The notes under the pieces were generated by a model. The model saw nothing but the letters and a program-made list of their open reading frames with translations. It was not told where the DNA came from and ran no database searches. The translations under genes were made by a program, and so were the position numbers. A DNA stretch of 59,686 nucleotides, the filler included. It is 6 parts of 6 records of this genome, joined end to end, with 100 filler letters (N's around TTAATTAATTAA, not from the genome) between each part and the next. Parts side by side here need not be neighbours in the genome. Positions count along the whole stretch, not along the records: positions 1 to 11,401 come from DRR723986_8270; 5 more parts are not named here. One strand, given 5' to 3'. Below are positions 1 through 10,666 of the stretch, in pieces (within the stretch, counting starts at the first letter, position 1; the number at the start of each line of letters is the position of its first letter).

Positions 1-259
1 GGTAGACGCCCATCATCTCGAACTGGCGCAGAACTGCGGTTCCGTAAAAGGTGACCGAGGCCCCGATGCGCGGGATGACCGCATCATATCCCGTCAGCTT
101 TTCGCCGTTGTAATAGATTTCGGGCCGCCGGGCCGCGATGTTCATGTAGCAGCGCAGCGTGTCGATGATATCGAGCTGGTGGCCGCGTTCTTCGGCGGCG
201 GCCTTCAGCCGCTGATGCGAATAGAGTTTGGCATTCCGGGCCAGCATGGCGATTTTCAT
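1..259 (-). CDS. rimK: RimK ATP-grasp alpha-L-glutamate ligase, 5' part (runs off window start)
   Basis: Reverse translation from ATG at 259: [27 protein letters not shown]...[28 protein letters not shown], the typical RimK N-terminus. Not in the ORF track. Confidence 0.92.
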   Translation of the reverse strand, partial: MKIAMLARNAKLYSHQRLKAAAEERGHQLDIIDTLRCYMNIAARRPEIYYNGEKLTGYDAVIPRIGASVTFYGTAVLRQFEMMGVY

Positions 260-768
260 TACGTGTCCTTCCTGTGCGAATAGGCCGGCCTTTGCGAGAC
301 CAGGAATGTCCGGCGCGTGTGAACGGCGACCGAGTGGTTCTTGAGTGCAGACCTCCCGACGATCATTGGGAAGGTCATGTTGGTACGGTCCGCAAGGGAC
401 AGGTCGATGGTCCACAGGCGGGTGCCGAAACGGGCCTTTGTTCGGATCACCAGACGCTCTTCCGGGACACCGCTGGTGTTCTTGATGTCCCGCGTGTGCA
501 GCAGCGGTGCTTCGACGGTGTGCAACCCCTGATCGTCACTTTCCCAGTCAGGCAGTGTCTGAAACCGCACCCAGTGCTTACCGCTTCGATCAAAAAGCTC
601 GATGTTCTCGGCATGGATTGCGGACGTGCGGGCCCCCGTGTCGATCTTGGACTTGACCATGGGCAAACCCATGTCGGGCAGGCCGACATATTCCATCCAG
701 CCAATGATCGTGATCGGCTTGGGCTTGGACGCGGGCTTGAGGGTGACGGGCGACGGGTGATCGGGCAT
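259..768 (-). CDS. RimK-associated putative aspartic (so-called ATP-dependent zinc) protease family protein
   Basis: IGWMEYV...[13 protein letters not shown]...[13 protein letters not shown] motifs. ATG at 768 overlaps the mgtE stop; its stop overlaps the rimK ATG. Confidence 0.85.
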   Translation of the reverse strand: MPDHPSPVTLKPASKPKPITIIGWMEYVGLPDMGLPMVKSKIDTGARTSAIHAENIELFDRSGKHWVRFQTLPDWESDDQGLHTVEAPLLHTRDIKNTSGVPEERLVIRTKARFGTRLWTIDLSLADRTNMTFPMIVGRSALKNHSVAVHTRRTFLVSQRPAYSHRKDT

Positions 769-2135
769 CAGACAAGCCATGGCATCAGAAGGGTTGCAAA
801 GCTGAGCACGAAGAAAAATCCCGCCATATCGGTGATCGTCGTCAGCAAGGGGCCGCTGGCGGCGGCCGGGTCCTGCCCGAGACGTTTCAGAAGCAACGGA
901 ACCACACCACCGATCGACACCGCAAGCATCGTGTTGAGGGCAAGAGCCGCGCCGATGACCAGACCGAGCGCCGGGCTGCCCTTCCAGATCCAGGCCACAA
1001 GGCAGATCAGAACGCCAAGCGCGATGCCGTTGATGACACCGACAGAGATTTCCTTGACCCAGACCCGCACGGCATCCATGGGCCGCACCAGGCCAAGGCT
1101 GAGTTCCCGCATCGTCACACCCACGGCCTGATTTCCGGAACAGCCGCTCATGTCCGACACCATCGGCAGGAACACGGCCAGGGCGATCACGGCGGCCAAG
1201 GTTTCCTCATAGGCGGAAATCACACTGGCCGCGACGATGTTCAGCAGGATGTTGGCCGACAGCCATGCCAGCCTGCGGCGCGACCGCAACCACAGCGGCA
1301 TGGAGCGCAGTTCATCCCCGACCACACCCTGACGTTTCAGGCTTTCGCTTTCGCTGCGTTCCAGAACGGCCCCGGCCAGAGCAGACCGGGAGACAACCCC
1401 GACCAGCTTTCCAAGCTCGTCGATGACCGGAACGCCAAGGAATGGATGCTCGTCAAAGACGTCTTCCAGCTTGTCCAGCGGTGTATCGACCCGAACGGTC
1501 AAGGGGGGAACCATGATCTCGGTCAACCGCGCGCTGCGCTTTGCGGTCAGCAGGCCACGCAGCGAGACCACCCCGACGGGGCGACCATCTGGATCGACCA
1601 CATAGGGGTGCTGACCCCTGTAGCGTTCGAAATCGTCGTCGTCAGAGGCCAGTGCCCGCAGCACCTTGCCAACGGTGGCCGTGTCTTCGAAGCGAAAGAC
1701 CTCGGCCATCATCAGGCCGCCTGCCACATCATCTTCATAGGCCGCCAGACGCCGCACATCAGCCGCATCCGCGTCGTCCATCCGCGACAGCACCGCCTCG
1801 GCGTCTTCGGAATCCATTTCCCCGATGACGTCCGCCTGAATATCTGAATCCAGCTCTTCCAGAATTTCGGCGGCCCGTTCCGGTTCGAGGCGCTCGACCA
1901 GATCAACCGCAACCTCGTTCGGTGCCTCTTCGACCAGTTCCGCCGCCAGCTCTGCCGGGATCAGTTCCAGAACACGGTCCCTGTCCTCTGGCGTCAGCGT
2001 CAGAAATTCGCGCAGCGCATCACTGTAGGACAGGGGATCGAGCAGATTGACGATAGCCTCTGCGTCGCCCGCCTCGACGGCGTCGCGCAACTCTCCTGCC
2101 ATAACGGCAAATTCTGGTTCCGGCGTGTCGGCCAT
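768..2135 (-). CDS. mgtE: Magnesium transporter MgtE
   Basis: Acidic N-domain, two CBS domains, TM region with SDMSGCSGNQ and PAAASGPLLTTITDMAG. Confidence 0.92.
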   Translation of the reverse strand: MADTPEPEFAVMAGELRDAVEAGDAEAIVNLLDPLSYSDALREFLTLTPEDRDRVLELIPAELAAELVEEAPNEVAVDLVERLEPERAAEILEELDSDIQADVIGEMDSEDAEAVLSRMDDADAADVRRLAAYEDDVAGGLMMAEVFRFEDTATVGKVLRALASDDDDFERYRGQHPYVVDPDGRPVGVVSLRGLLTAKRSARLTEIMVPPLTVRVDTPLDKLEDVFDEHPFLGVPVIDELGKLVGVVSRSALAGAVLERSESESLKRQGVVGDELRSMPLWLRSRRRLAWLSANILLNIVAASVISAYEETLAAVIALAVFLPMVSDMSGCSGNQAVGVTMRELSLGLVRPMDAVRVWVKEISVGVINGIALGVLICLVAWIWKGSPALGLVIGAALALNTMLAVSIGGVVPLLLKRLGQDPAAASGPLLTTITDMAGFFFVLSFATLLMPWLV

Positions 2136-2217
2136 CGGTCTCACTCCCATCTGATTTCGCCTTTACATAGGCAAAAATATTTTGTCTATAGGTAAAAATT
2201 ATTTACGGAATGACGAC

Positions 2218-2484
2218 ATGAACTACGGTGACGTTGCGACACATCTTGCCCGCCTCTACGCCGAGGATTTCGGCGGAAAACACTCCGGGCGCTACAGAAT
2301 CTCCTCCAAGCTCCTTCGGGATCTGATGGGGCGGCGACGGCTTCACCCGGAAGATTACGCAGGCATCGCGCGCGCCCTGCTGGAAGAGGGCTTTGTCTTT
2401 ATCGACATGGAAAGCTTTTTCGTGGTGATGAGCGCGAATTCATTCGTGAACTACCGCAGGGCGGGCAAGGATCAGCTGTCCTGA
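2218..2484 (+). CDS. Small hypothetical protein (~88 aa)
   Basis: ORF MNYGDVATHLARLY...NYRRAGKDQLS, divergent from mgtE; no family recognised. Confidence 0.6.
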   Translation: MNYGDVATHLARLYAEDFGGKHSGRYRISSKLLRDLMGRRRLHPEDYAGIARALLEEGFVFIDMESFFVVMSANSFVNYRRAGKDQLS

Positions 2485-2640
2485 CATAGATCGCCCTGAC
2501 CGCAACCGGCGCCGCAACCGCGTGACGATATTTTGATCAAGTTTGCTACAGCCGTCGGCCATGTCTTTCTGTCATTGTCTTTTGAGACTCTTGCCATTTG
2601 GTCAAACCAAGAGGAAAACGGGAGCGAGCAGGAGGGCAGG

Positions 2641-4023
2641 ATGACAACCCAGACCGATACGATCGCAGGTGTTTCACGCGACCGCCTTCAGGCCATGACC
2701 CTGCGCGAGACGGCGCGCTATGTCGACAGCCGCCCGAAGACACGGGCGGCGCTGGACGCGGGGGCAAGCCCCTATCTGGATGCCGTTCCGATGCATTGGA
2801 TGAAGGATTGGCCCGGCCCCTTCCCCATGCTTGTCGCCAAAGCCAAAGGCGCGGAGCTGACCGATATCGACGGCAACCTGCTGGACGATTTCTGCCTTGG
2901 CGACACCGGTTCGATGTTCGGACATTCCCCAAAACCCGTTGCCAAGGCCATTCGCAAACAGGCAAGGCGCGGTCTGACCTACATGCTGCCAACGCAAACG
3001 GCGCTTGAAGCGGGGCAACGCCTGAGGGAAACCTTTGGCGACTACCTGTGGCAGATTGCGACCACCGCAACCGACGCCAATCGCTTTGCCCTGCGTGTGG
3101 CCCGTGCCGTGACCGGCAAGCGCAAGGTGCTTGTCTTCAACGGCTGCTACCATGGCACGGTCGATGACGCGATGGTGACGCTTTCGGGGGGACGCACAAT
3201 CACCCGCCCCGGGCTTGTCGGACAGGTCAGCGATTTGACCGACCTGGCCGTTGCGGCAGAGTTCAACGATCTCGACAGCGTGCGTGCGGCGTTGGAAACC
3301 GGCGAGATCGCAGCGATCCTGACGGAACCCGTCATGACCAATTCCTGCATGGTTCTGCCCGATGACGGCTTCCATATGGACCTTCGACGGCTGGCCCGTG
3401 AACACGGCGCGTTGTTGATCATTGACGAAACGCACACGATCTCTTCGGGGCTTGGCGGCTACACGGCTGTCCACGGGCTGGACCCGGATATTTTTGTCGT
3501 CGGCAAGTGCATCGCGGGCGGGATGCCGACTGCGGTCTGGGGCCTCAGGCCCGATATTGCCGCCGCATACCAGCGCTACGACAAGGCGCGTGCGCCGGGC
3601 CATTCCGGCATGGGCACCACCCTGTCGGCCAATCCGATGCAGTTCGCCTGCCTGAACGCCACCTTGTCAAAGGTGATGACGGCCGAAAACTACGCCCATA
3701 TGGAACGCGGTGCCGCGCGACTTCAGGATGGTCTGGGCACAGCCATCCGCCGCCATGGTGCGCCGTGGCATGTTGTCAGGGTCGGTGCGCGGGTGGAATT
3801 CATCTGCGCCCCCGGCCCCTTGCGAAACGGCACTGACGCCGCCAGGGCCCATATCCCGGAGGTTGAGGCCATCGTTCACATGGCGTTGGTCAATCGCGGG
3901 TGCCTGATTGCCCCGTTCCACAACATGATGCTGGTCAGCCCCACCACCGGGGACGACCAGATCGACCGGCTGATCACGGCCTTTGACGCCGTGCTGTCGA
4001 ACCTTTTCACCGTGAGGACCTGA
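2641..4023 (+). CDS. Class III PLP-dependent aminotransferase (GSA-aminomutase-like, probable amine/polyamine transaminase)
   Basis: FNGCYHG, TEPVMTN, LIIDETHT, VVGKCIAGG (PLP Lys) motifs; GGAGGG SD before ATG 2641. Confidence 0.88.
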   Translation: MTTQTDTIAGVSRDRLQAMTLRETARYVDSRPKTRAALDAGASPYLDAVPMHWMKDWPGPFPMLVAKAKGAELTDIDGNLLDDFCLGDTGSMFGHSPKPVAKAIRKQARRGLTYMLPTQTALEAGQRLRETFGDYLWQIATTATDANRFALRVARAVTGKRKVLVFNGCYHGTVDDAMVTLSGGRTITRPGLVGQVSDLTDLAVAAEFNDLDSVRAALETGEIAAILTEPVMTNSCMVLPDDGFHMDLRRLAREHGALLIIDETHTISSGLGGYTAVHGLDPDIFVVGKCIAGGMPTAVWGLRPDIAAAYQRYDKARAPGHSGMGTTLSANPMQFACLNATLSKVMTAENYAHMERGAARLQDGLGTAIRRHGAPWHVVRVGARVEFICAPGPLRNGTDAARAHIPEVEAIVHMALVNRGCLIAPFHNMMLVSPTTGDDQIDRLITAFDAVLSNLFTVRT

Positions 4024-4024
4024 C

Positions 4025-5416
4025 ATGACCCTGCCCTGCCCCTCTGGTGCCACGCTTGCAGAGGCCGAAGCCTTCCTTGCCGCGCATCCTGACATCGAGG
4101 CCGTGGATATTGTTTTGCACGATTCCAACGGCATCGGGCGGGGAAAGATCATTCGCCGCCATGAACTTCTGGCGCTGTACAAGTCGGGCAGACACATGCC
4201 AATTTCTGTGCTCGGGCTGGACATCGTCGGCGAGGATGTACACGAAACCGGGCTGATCTGGGACCAGGGGGATGGCGACCTGCGGGCCTGGCCGATTCCG
4301 GGCACGCTGAAGCGGATGCACAACACCAGCCCGCCGCGCGCCGAGGTGTTCCTGTCGCTTTATGAACTCGATGGCACCCGCATGGGATCCGACCCGCGCC
4401 ATGCCCTGCTGCGGCAGGTCGAGGTGCTGGCAGCCAGCGGCCTGACACCCGCCGGGGCATTCGAGCTGGAATTCTTCCTCGTTGCCCCCGAACGCGCGCC
4501 GGACGGGTCGCTGCAACCGGCCGCAGATGTGCTCGATGGCCGTCGCAGTCGCAAGACCGAGGTCTATTCCGTCGATCACCTGCAAGGCATGCTGCCGCTG
4601 TTTTCTGATATCTATGCGGCTGCCCGTCACGCCGGGATCAGGGCCGAGACACTGATTTCGGAATATGCCCCGGGTCAGTACGAACTGACATTGCATTACC
4701 GAGAGGATGTGATGCAGGCCGCCGACGATCTGGTGCGCCTGAAGCGCATCGTCCGTCAGCAAGCCCGCCACCACGGGGTGACCGCCTGTTTCATGGCCAA
4801 GCCGTTTGCGGATTATGCGGGTTCCGGAATGCACTTCCACGTCTCGATGCGCGATAACACGGGCCGGAACGTGTTTGCCGAACAGGGCGACACGCGCTTT
4901 GCCCCGGCGTTGCTGAATGCCATTGGTGGCTTGCGCCAGACAATGGCCGAGTCGATGCTGGTCTTTGCCCCGCACCTCAACTCCTGGCGCCGCTTCGCCA
5001 ATCAAAGCTATGCGCCGGTTTCGACCGCGTGGGGCGCCAACAACCGGTCCGTCGCGCTGCGCGTTCCCGAAGGCGATATCGCCGCGCGCAGGGTCGAACA
5101 TCGCCCAGCAGGGGTGGACGCAAACCCCTACCTTGTTGCGGCAACGGTGCTGGCTGGCATTCACCACGGGCTGGAACATCAGATCGACCCCGGCCCCGAG
5201 ACGATCGGAAATGCCTACGGCCAAGAGGACGATGGCCCGGAGTTCCCCCGCGACTGGCGGGCAGCGATTGAACGCGCGCGCGAGTCCGAGTTCCTGCGCG
5301 CGGCACTTGGCCAGGAAATGCACCGCACCTTCGTGGCGGTCAAACAGGCAGAATATGACCGCGTGGCCCGCACCATCACTGAAATCGACTACGACCTCTA
5401 CCTGCATTCGGTCTGA
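4025..5416 (+). CDS. Glutamine synthetase-family gamma-glutamyl-amine ligase (PuuA/PauA-like)
   Basis: ELEFFL, SEYAPGQYE, FMAKP..GSGMHFHVS, NNRSVALRVP, EHRPAGVDANPYL motifs. Confidence 0.88.
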   Translation: MTLPCPSGATLAEAEAFLAAHPDIEAVDIVLHDSNGIGRGKIIRRHELLALYKSGRHMPISVLGLDIVGEDVHETGLIWDQGDGDLRAWPIPGTLKRMHNTSPPRAEVFLSLYELDGTRMGSDPRHALLRQVEVLAASGLTPAGAFELEFFLVAPERAPDGSLQPAADVLDGRRSRKTEVYSVDHLQGMLPLFSDIYAAARHAGIRAETLISEYAPGQYELTLHYREDVMQAADDLVRLKRIVRQQARHHGVTACFMAKPFADYAGSGMHFHVSMRDNTGRNVFAEQGDTRFAPALLNAIGGLRQTMAESMLVFAPHLNSWRRFANQSYAPVSTAWGANNRSVALRVPEGDIAARRVEHRPAGVDANPYLVAATVLAGIHHGLEHQIDPGPETIGNAYGQEDDGPEFPRDWRAAIERARESEFLRAALGQEMHRTFVAVKQAEYDRVARTITEIDYDLYLHSV

Positions 5417-5536
5417 GAAATCGCTTGAACGCTTCGGGCATCGTTGGCAGCTTCGCGGGGCGCGCGTTTCGCCTGGGAATGCCTGACAACGCAGGAGCCC
5501 GATGCAACATCTTCCTCCACCTTCGGATCGACTGCC

Positions 5537-6706
5537 ATGAAGACCGCGCCCAAGCGGCCTTGGCTTGTGCTGGCGGGTTTGGCCCTTGGTGTGACTGTCA
5601 CCAACGGATTTGCCCGCTTTGCCTACGGGCTGCTGCTGCCGGCGATGAGATCCGAGATGGGCTGGACGTATGCGCAAGCGGGTTGGCTGAACACCGCCAA
5701 CGCGCTTGGATACATCATCGGTGCAATCCTGACGATGTATCTGATACGGCGTGTTTCTCCATCGCAGCTGTTTGCCTTCGGGTTGGTCACGACGACGCTG
5801 GCTCTTCTGGCGACGGGACTCAATTCGGCGATCTGGTGGCAGACGACATGGCGCATCCTCGCGGGCATTCTGGGCGCAATGTCGTTTTCCACCGCAGGCG
5901 CACTGGCCGCGGGGCTGTTTCAAGGCGACGCGCGCAGAAATGCGATGGCCATTGCGATCCTGTTCGGAACAGGTGGAGGCCTGGGCATCGTTCTGGCGGG
6001 CGCAGCGCTGCCCCTGTTCCTGGAGGCATATGGCCCTGCAGCCTGGCCGATGGGGTGGGTTGCCATCGGTGTAGCGAGCCTGTCGGTCCTGCCCCTGTCG
6101 CTTTGGGCGGGGCTGCAGATGCACGCCGCCCGTCAAGGCCCGACGCAAGCGCCCGCCTTGCCTTTGCGGCGAATGCTGCCGGAAATGGTGGGCTATGCAG
6201 GCTTTGGATTGGGCTACATCGTCTATCTTACCTTTCTGTCGGCCTGGATGACAGACCAGGCTGCCAGCGCAGGGTTCATTGCGCTTGTCTGGGTCGTTCT
6301 CGGACTTTCGATCTGTTTTTCCCCGCTGGTCTGGCGGCCCGTTCTGTCGCGCTATGCCTCTGGCCTTCCGCTGGCGTTGATCCTGATCGGCATTGCAGTC
6401 GGGTCCGCCATGCCTGTCGTGTTGACCAGCGGTCCGTATTTGCTGGTCTCGGCGATCATCTTCGGCCTTTCGGTGTTCATGGCCCCAGGCGCGGTGACCA
6501 GCTTTATCCGCCAGAACCTGCCGCAGGAAAGCTGGGGGCGTGCCATCAGCCTGTTCACCGTGGTATTTGCCGTGGCTCAGACTGTCGGTCCTTATGCGGC
6601 CGGTCTGATCGGCGATGCATTTGGCACGATCGGCGTCAGTCTGTTGGCCGCCGCCGCGCTGTTGCTGGTCGGGGCGGCCGTGGCGTCTTTGCAGAAAGCC
6701 TTGTAG
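5537..6706 (+). CDS. YbfB/YjiJ-family MFS transporter
   Basis: GFARFAYGLLLPAMR..W...AGWLNTANALGY motif; ~12 hydrophobic segments. Confidence 0.85.
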   Translation: MKTAPKRPWLVLAGLALGVTVTNGFARFAYGLLLPAMRSEMGWTYAQAGWLNTANALGYIIGAILTMYLIRRVSPSQLFAFGLVTTTLALLATGLNSAIWWQTTWRILAGILGAMSFSTAGALAAGLFQGDARRNAMAIAILFGTGGGLGIVLAGAALPLFLEAYGPAAWPMGWVAIGVASLSVLPLSLWAGLQMHAARQGPTQAPALPLRRMLPEMVGYAGFGLGYIVYLTFLSAWMTDQAASAGFIALVWVVLGLSICFSPLVWRPVLSRYASGLPLALILIGIAVGSAMPVVLTSGPYLLVSAIIFGLSVFMAPGAVTSFIRQNLPQESWGRAISLFTVVFAVAQTVGPYAAGLIGDAFGTIGVSLLAAAALLLVGAAVASLQKAL

Positions 6707-6812
6707 CGCATCCGCCGCTTGGCGAGCGTCGTCGTCACTTGCTGGTTTCAAACCGGGCGTGGGTCGGTTTAGATGATGCCAGAAGACCGCCGAAACAGGC
6801 AAGGACGGGCCC

Positions 6813-7436
6813 TTGGCAAAATTGAAACAAAATCCGCACCGGCAAACCGATGACCGCGAAAAGGTTCTGGAAGTTGCCATAGGACGAGAGGTGCGTGGCT
6901 TTCGCCTGCAACAGGGCATTACCGTGGCCGATCTTGCAGTCCTGACCGGGTTGTCCATCGGCATGTTGTCGAAGATCGAGAATGGCAACACATCGCCATC
7001 ACTGACCACCCTGCAAACCTTGGCAAACGCGCTGTCCGTGCCGTTGACCGCCTTTTTCAGACGCTTCGAAGAGCATCGAGAGGCTGTGCATACCAAGGCG
7101 GGCGAAGGGATGGAAATTGCCCGCGAAGGCACCCGCGCAGGGCATCAATACAACCTGCTCGGCCATATAGGCGCAAATGCCAGTGGCGTCATGGTAGAAC
7201 CCTACCTGATCACCCTGACCGAGGAATCCGACATCTTCCCGACCTTTCAGCATGGCGGGATCGAAACGATCTACATGCTGGAGGGTGAGGTCATGTACCG
7301 CCACAATGACCGGCTTTATCACCTGTGCCCCGGTGACACCCTGTTCTTTGATGCCGATGCCCCGCATGGGCCAGAAATCCTCAAGGTTCTGCCTGCGCGC
7401 TATTTGTCGATCATCTCTTATCCGCAGACGACCTGA
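6813..7436 (+). CDS. XRE-family HTH + cupin transcriptional regulator
   Basis: GLSIGMLSKIENGNTSPSL HTH; cupin FQHGGIE...FDADAPHGP. Start codon uncertain. Confidence 0.88.
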   Translation: MAKLKQNPHRQTDDREKVLEVAIGREVRGFRLQQGITVADLAVLTGLSIGMLSKIENGNTSPSLTTLQTLANALSVPLTAFFRRFEEHREAVHTKAGEGMEIAREGTRAGHQYNLLGHIGANASGVMVEPYLITLTEESDIFPTFQHGGIETIYMLEGEVMYRHNDRLYHLCPGDTLFFDADAPHGPEILKVLPARYLSIISYPQTT

Positions 7437-7661
7437 CCACGCGGACTGATTCCGGGCAAAGCCCTGATCGTGGGGCGTATCCCCGCCCGTTTCCCAATCA
7501 TTCCTCGCATCATTTGCCCGATCCGACAGCAAAACCAGTTTTGATGTCGGATTTTCCTTGCAAAATTGCCCCTTGTGAAAAAATTATTCCTAAGGGTTTA
7601 TGCGGGCGCTATCTGCTGCTAGCGTGTCGCCCAGACCATTCTTTGAAAGGAAGATGCACAG

Positions 7662-8555
7662 ATGTGCGGGATCGTAGGATTGTTCCTGAAGGACAAGGCG
7701 CTGGAACCTCAGCTCGGCGCGCTTCTGACGGATATGCTGATCACCATGACCGACCGGGGACCGGACAGTGCCGGGATCGCGCTTTATGGCGCGTCGGGCG
7801 ACCGGGCCAAGCTGACAGTGCAGTCGGACAACCCCGGTCAGGATTTCGCGACGCTGGCCGATGACCTCGGGGCCGCGCTTGGCACCTCTGTTACATTGCG
7901 CGCAAATGATACCCACGCCGTGCTGAACCTGCCCGCCGATCAGGTCGAGGCAGCGCGTGCCATAATTTCAGAGCGCCCCGGCCGCATCCGGGTGATGAGC
8001 GATGGCGACGTGATCGAGATCTACAAGGAGGTCGGCCTGCCCCGCGACGTAGCGGCCCGGTTCAACCTGCAATCCATGTCCGGCACCCATGGCATCGGCC
8101 ACACCCGCATGGCCACCGAATCCGCTGTAACCACCGAAGGCGCGCACCCGTTTTCCACCGGGCCGGATCAGTGCCTTGTCCATAACGGCTCGCTGTCGAA
8201 CCACAACAGCCTGCGCCGGAAACTGCGGCGCGAGGGTGTGCGGATCGAAAGCGAGAATGACACTGAAGTGGGCGCCGCCTATCTGACCTGGAAAATGCAG
8301 AACGGGGCTACCCTGGGTGAAGCGCTGGAAGCGTCGCTGACAGATCTGGACGGGTTCTTCACCTTTGTCGTCGGCACCAGGGAAGGCTTTGGCGTGGTCC
8401 GCGACCCGATTGCCTGCAAACCCGCCGTCATGGCGGAAACCGATCAATATGTAGCCTTCGGCAGCGAATACCGCGCGTTGGTGAACCTGCCGGGCATCGA
8501 AGCGGCCCGCGTTTGGGAACCCGAGCCCGCCACCGTCTATTTCTGGAGCCACTGA
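7662..8555 (+). CDS. glxB: N-methylglutamate synthase subunit A (class II glutamine amidotransferase, MgsA/GlxB)
   Basis: N-terminal MCGIVG, RGPDSAG, GHTRMATES, HNG motifs; followed by GXGXG and FMN subunits and a GlnT-type ligase. Confidence 0.9.
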   Translation: MCGIVGLFLKDKALEPQLGALLTDMLITMTDRGPDSAGIALYGASGDRAKLTVQSDNPGQDFATLADDLGAALGTSVTLRANDTHAVLNLPADQVEAARAIISERPGRIRVMSDGDVIEIYKEVGLPRDVAARFNLQSMSGTHGIGHTRMATESAVTTEGAHPFSTGPDQCLVHNGSLSNHNSLRRKLRREGVRIESENDTEVGAAYLTWKMQNGATLGEALEASLTDLDGFFTFVVGTREGFGVVRDPIACKPAVMAETDQYVAFGSEYRALVNLPGIEAARVWEPEPATVYFWSH

Positions 8556-8556
8556 G

Positions 8557-9234
8557 ATGAGCCAGATCGACCTTGCAACCACCTCGCTACGCGAGTTGAA
8601 CGAAACCCTTCAGGCGCAGAAAGGCGGCGACAACCAGACCGCGTGGCAGGTGCTGAACCCGCGCGGCAGCCACGCGCTGGCCGTGGGTCTGGACGCACCC
8701 ATTGAAGTGACCGTGAAGGGCCACACCGGCTATTACTGCGCCGGCATGAACCAGCAGGCGACCGTGCATGTCGAAGGCTCCGTAGGTCCAGGCGTGGCGG
8801 AAAACATGATGTCAGGCGCGGTGATCGTCGACGGTGACGCCAGCCAATATGCGGGCGCAACCGGGCATGGCGGACTGTTGGTCATCAAGGGCAATGCCTC
8901 CTCGCGCTGCGGGATTTCCATGAAAGGGATCGACATCGTGGTGCATGGCAATATCGGCCATATGTCGGCCTTCATGGCGCAGGCCGGAAACCTTGTTGTC
9001 TGCGGTGATGCGGGCGACGCGCTTGGGGATTCGCTCTATGAAGCGCGGCTTTTCGTGCGCGGATCGGTGAAAAGCCTCGGCGCGGATTGCATCGAAAAAG
9101 AGATGCGCCCCGAACATCTGGACCTGCTGGCTGACCTGCTGGATCGTGCGGGCGCAGATGCAAAGCCGGAAGAGTTCCGGCGCTACGGATCTGCCCGGCA
9201 GCTTTATAACTTCGACATCGACAACGCCTATTGA
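8557..9234 (+). CDS. glxC: N-methylglutamate synthase subunit B (GXGXG domain, MgsB/GlxC)
   Basis: GYYCAGMN, GVAENMMSG, RCGISMKG beta-helix repeats. Confidence 0.9.
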   Translation: MSQIDLATTSLRELNETLQAQKGGDNQTAWQVLNPRGSHALAVGLDAPIEVTVKGHTGYYCAGMNQQATVHVEGSVGPGVAENMMSGAVIVDGDASQYAGATGHGGLLVIKGNASSRCGISMKGIDIVVHGNIGHMSAFMAQAGNLVVCGDAGDALGDSLYEARLFVRGSVKSLGADCIEKEMRPEHLDLLADLLDRAGADAKPEEFRRYGSARQLYNFDIDNAY

Positions 9235-9245
9235 GGACGAGGACC

Positions 9246-10589
9246 ATGAGCGATCAAGACCACAAGATCCCCCGCACCGTCCCCATTCAATCGGCGACGT
9301 TTTCCAACCCGATCAATGCCGAGATCCGCCGCGCGGCGGCGACCGGCATCTATGACATTCGCGGCGGCGGTGCGAAGCGGAAAGTGCCGCATTTCGACGA
9401 CCTGCTGTTCCTTGGCGCGTCGGTGTCGCGCTATCCGCTGGAAGGCTACCGGGAACGCTGTGACACCTCGGTGACGCTTGGCACGCGGTTTGCCAAGAAC
9501 CCGATCAAGCTGGATATTCCCATCACCATCGCAGGCATGAGCTTTGGCGCGCTGTCCGCACAGGCGAAAGAGGCGCTCGGGCGTGGTGCAAGTGCGGCTG
9601 GCACCTCGACCACCACCGGTGACGGCGGCATGACGCCAGAGGAACGGGGGCATTCCAGCAAGCTGGTCTATCAATATCTGCCCTCGCGCTACGGGATGAA
9701 CCCCAATGACCTGCGCAAGGCCGATGCGATCGAGATCGTCGTGGGTCAGGGTGCCAAGCCCGGCGGCGGCGGCATGTTGCTGGGTCAGAAGATCAGCGAC
9801 CGGGTGGCCGAGATGCGGACCCTGCCAAAGGGCATCGACCAGCGTTCTGCCTGTCGTCACCCCGACTGGACTGGGCCGGACGACCTTGAAATCAAGATCC
9901 TCGAACTGCGCGAAATCACCGGCTGGCGGGTGCCGATCTATGTGAAGGTCGGCGGCACCCGGCCCTATTTCGACACCGCCCTTGCCGTGAAAGCTGGCGC
10001 TGACGTGGTGGTGCTGGACGGCATGCAGGGCGGCACCGCCGCCACGCAGGATGTGTTCATCGAACATGTGGGCCTGCCGACGCTGGCCTGTATCCGCCCC
10101 GCCGTGCGCGCCTTGCAGGATCTGGGGCTGCACCGCGAGGTTCAGCTTGTGGTCTCTGGCGGTATTCGCACCGGGGCCGATGTGGCCAAGGCGCTGGCGC
10201 TTGGTGCGGATGCGGTTGCGATCGGCACCGCCGCACTGGTCGCGCTTGGCGACAATGATCCGAAATGGGAAGCCGAGTATCAGAAACTCGGCACCACCAC
10301 CGGGGCCTATGACGACTGGCACGAGGGGCTGGACCCGGCGGGCATCACCACCCAAGATCCGGTGCTTGCGGCGCGTCTGGACCCGGTCGATGCCGGGCGG
10401 CGGTTGCGCAACTACCTAAAAGTGATGACGCTGGAGGCGCAGACCATCGCACGGGCCTGCGGGCACAACCACCTGCACAATCTGGAACCGGAGGATCTCT
10501 GCGCCCTGACGATGGAGGCCGCCGCCATGGCGCAGGTGCCTTTGGCCGGCACGGACTGGTATCCGGGGAAACCGGGCAGCGGATACTGA
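9246..10589 (+). CDS. glxD: N-methylglutamate synthase subunit C (FMN-binding glutamate synthase domain, MgsC/GlxD)
   Basis: AGMSFGALS, TTGDGG, GQGAKPGGGG, DGMQGGT, SGGIRTGADVAKALALGAD motifs. Confidence 0.9.
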   Translation: MSDQDHKIPRTVPIQSATFSNPINAEIRRAAATGIYDIRGGGAKRKVPHFDDLLFLGASVSRYPLEGYRERCDTSVTLGTRFAKNPIKLDIPITIAGMSFGALSAQAKEALGRGASAAGTSTTTGDGGMTPEERGHSSKLVYQYLPSRYGMNPNDLRKADAIEIVVGQGAKPGGGGMLLGQKISDRVAEMRTLPKGIDQRSACRHPDWTGPDDLEIKILELREITGWRVPIYVKVGGTRPYFDTALAVKAGADVVVLDGMQGGTAATQDVFIEHVGLPTLACIRPAVRALQDLGLHREVQLVVSGGIRTGADVAKALALGADAVAIGTAALVALGDNDPKWEAEYQKLGTTTGAYDDWHEGLDPAGITTQDPVLAARLDPVDAGRRLRNYLKVMTLEAQTIARACGHNHLHNLEPEDLCALTMEAAAMAQVPLAGTDWYPGKPGSGY

Positions 10590-10595
10590 TACAAT

Positions 10596-10626
10596 GCGGC
10601 GCGGGGCTTCGGCCTCGCGCCGCTTT
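10596..10626 (+). other. GC-rich intergenic hairpin between glxD and gmaS (RNA-stability element or weak terminator)
   Basis: GCGGCGCGGGGC-TTCG-GCCTCGCGCCGC followed by TTT. Confidence 0.45.
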
Positions 10627-10666
10627 CACGAATAAAGACAGCAACAGGGAAACGGGAACCGACGAC

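Noticed and set aside
1-2135. mgtE-protease-rimK coupling as a novel system
   Set aside because: The protease-rimK pairing, often with mgtE, is a gene arrangement I recognise as common; nothing unusual in this copy.
4007-7132. Very long ORFs such as 4007..7132(-), 14705..16753(+), 20952..23171(+/- shadows), 21878..23707(+) and the 5' parts of 11665..14208, 14291..17623 and 16321..18594
   Set aside because: Shadow frames of GC-rich genes; they overlap clearly recognisable CDSs and have Arg/Pro/Gly-rich, motif-free translations.
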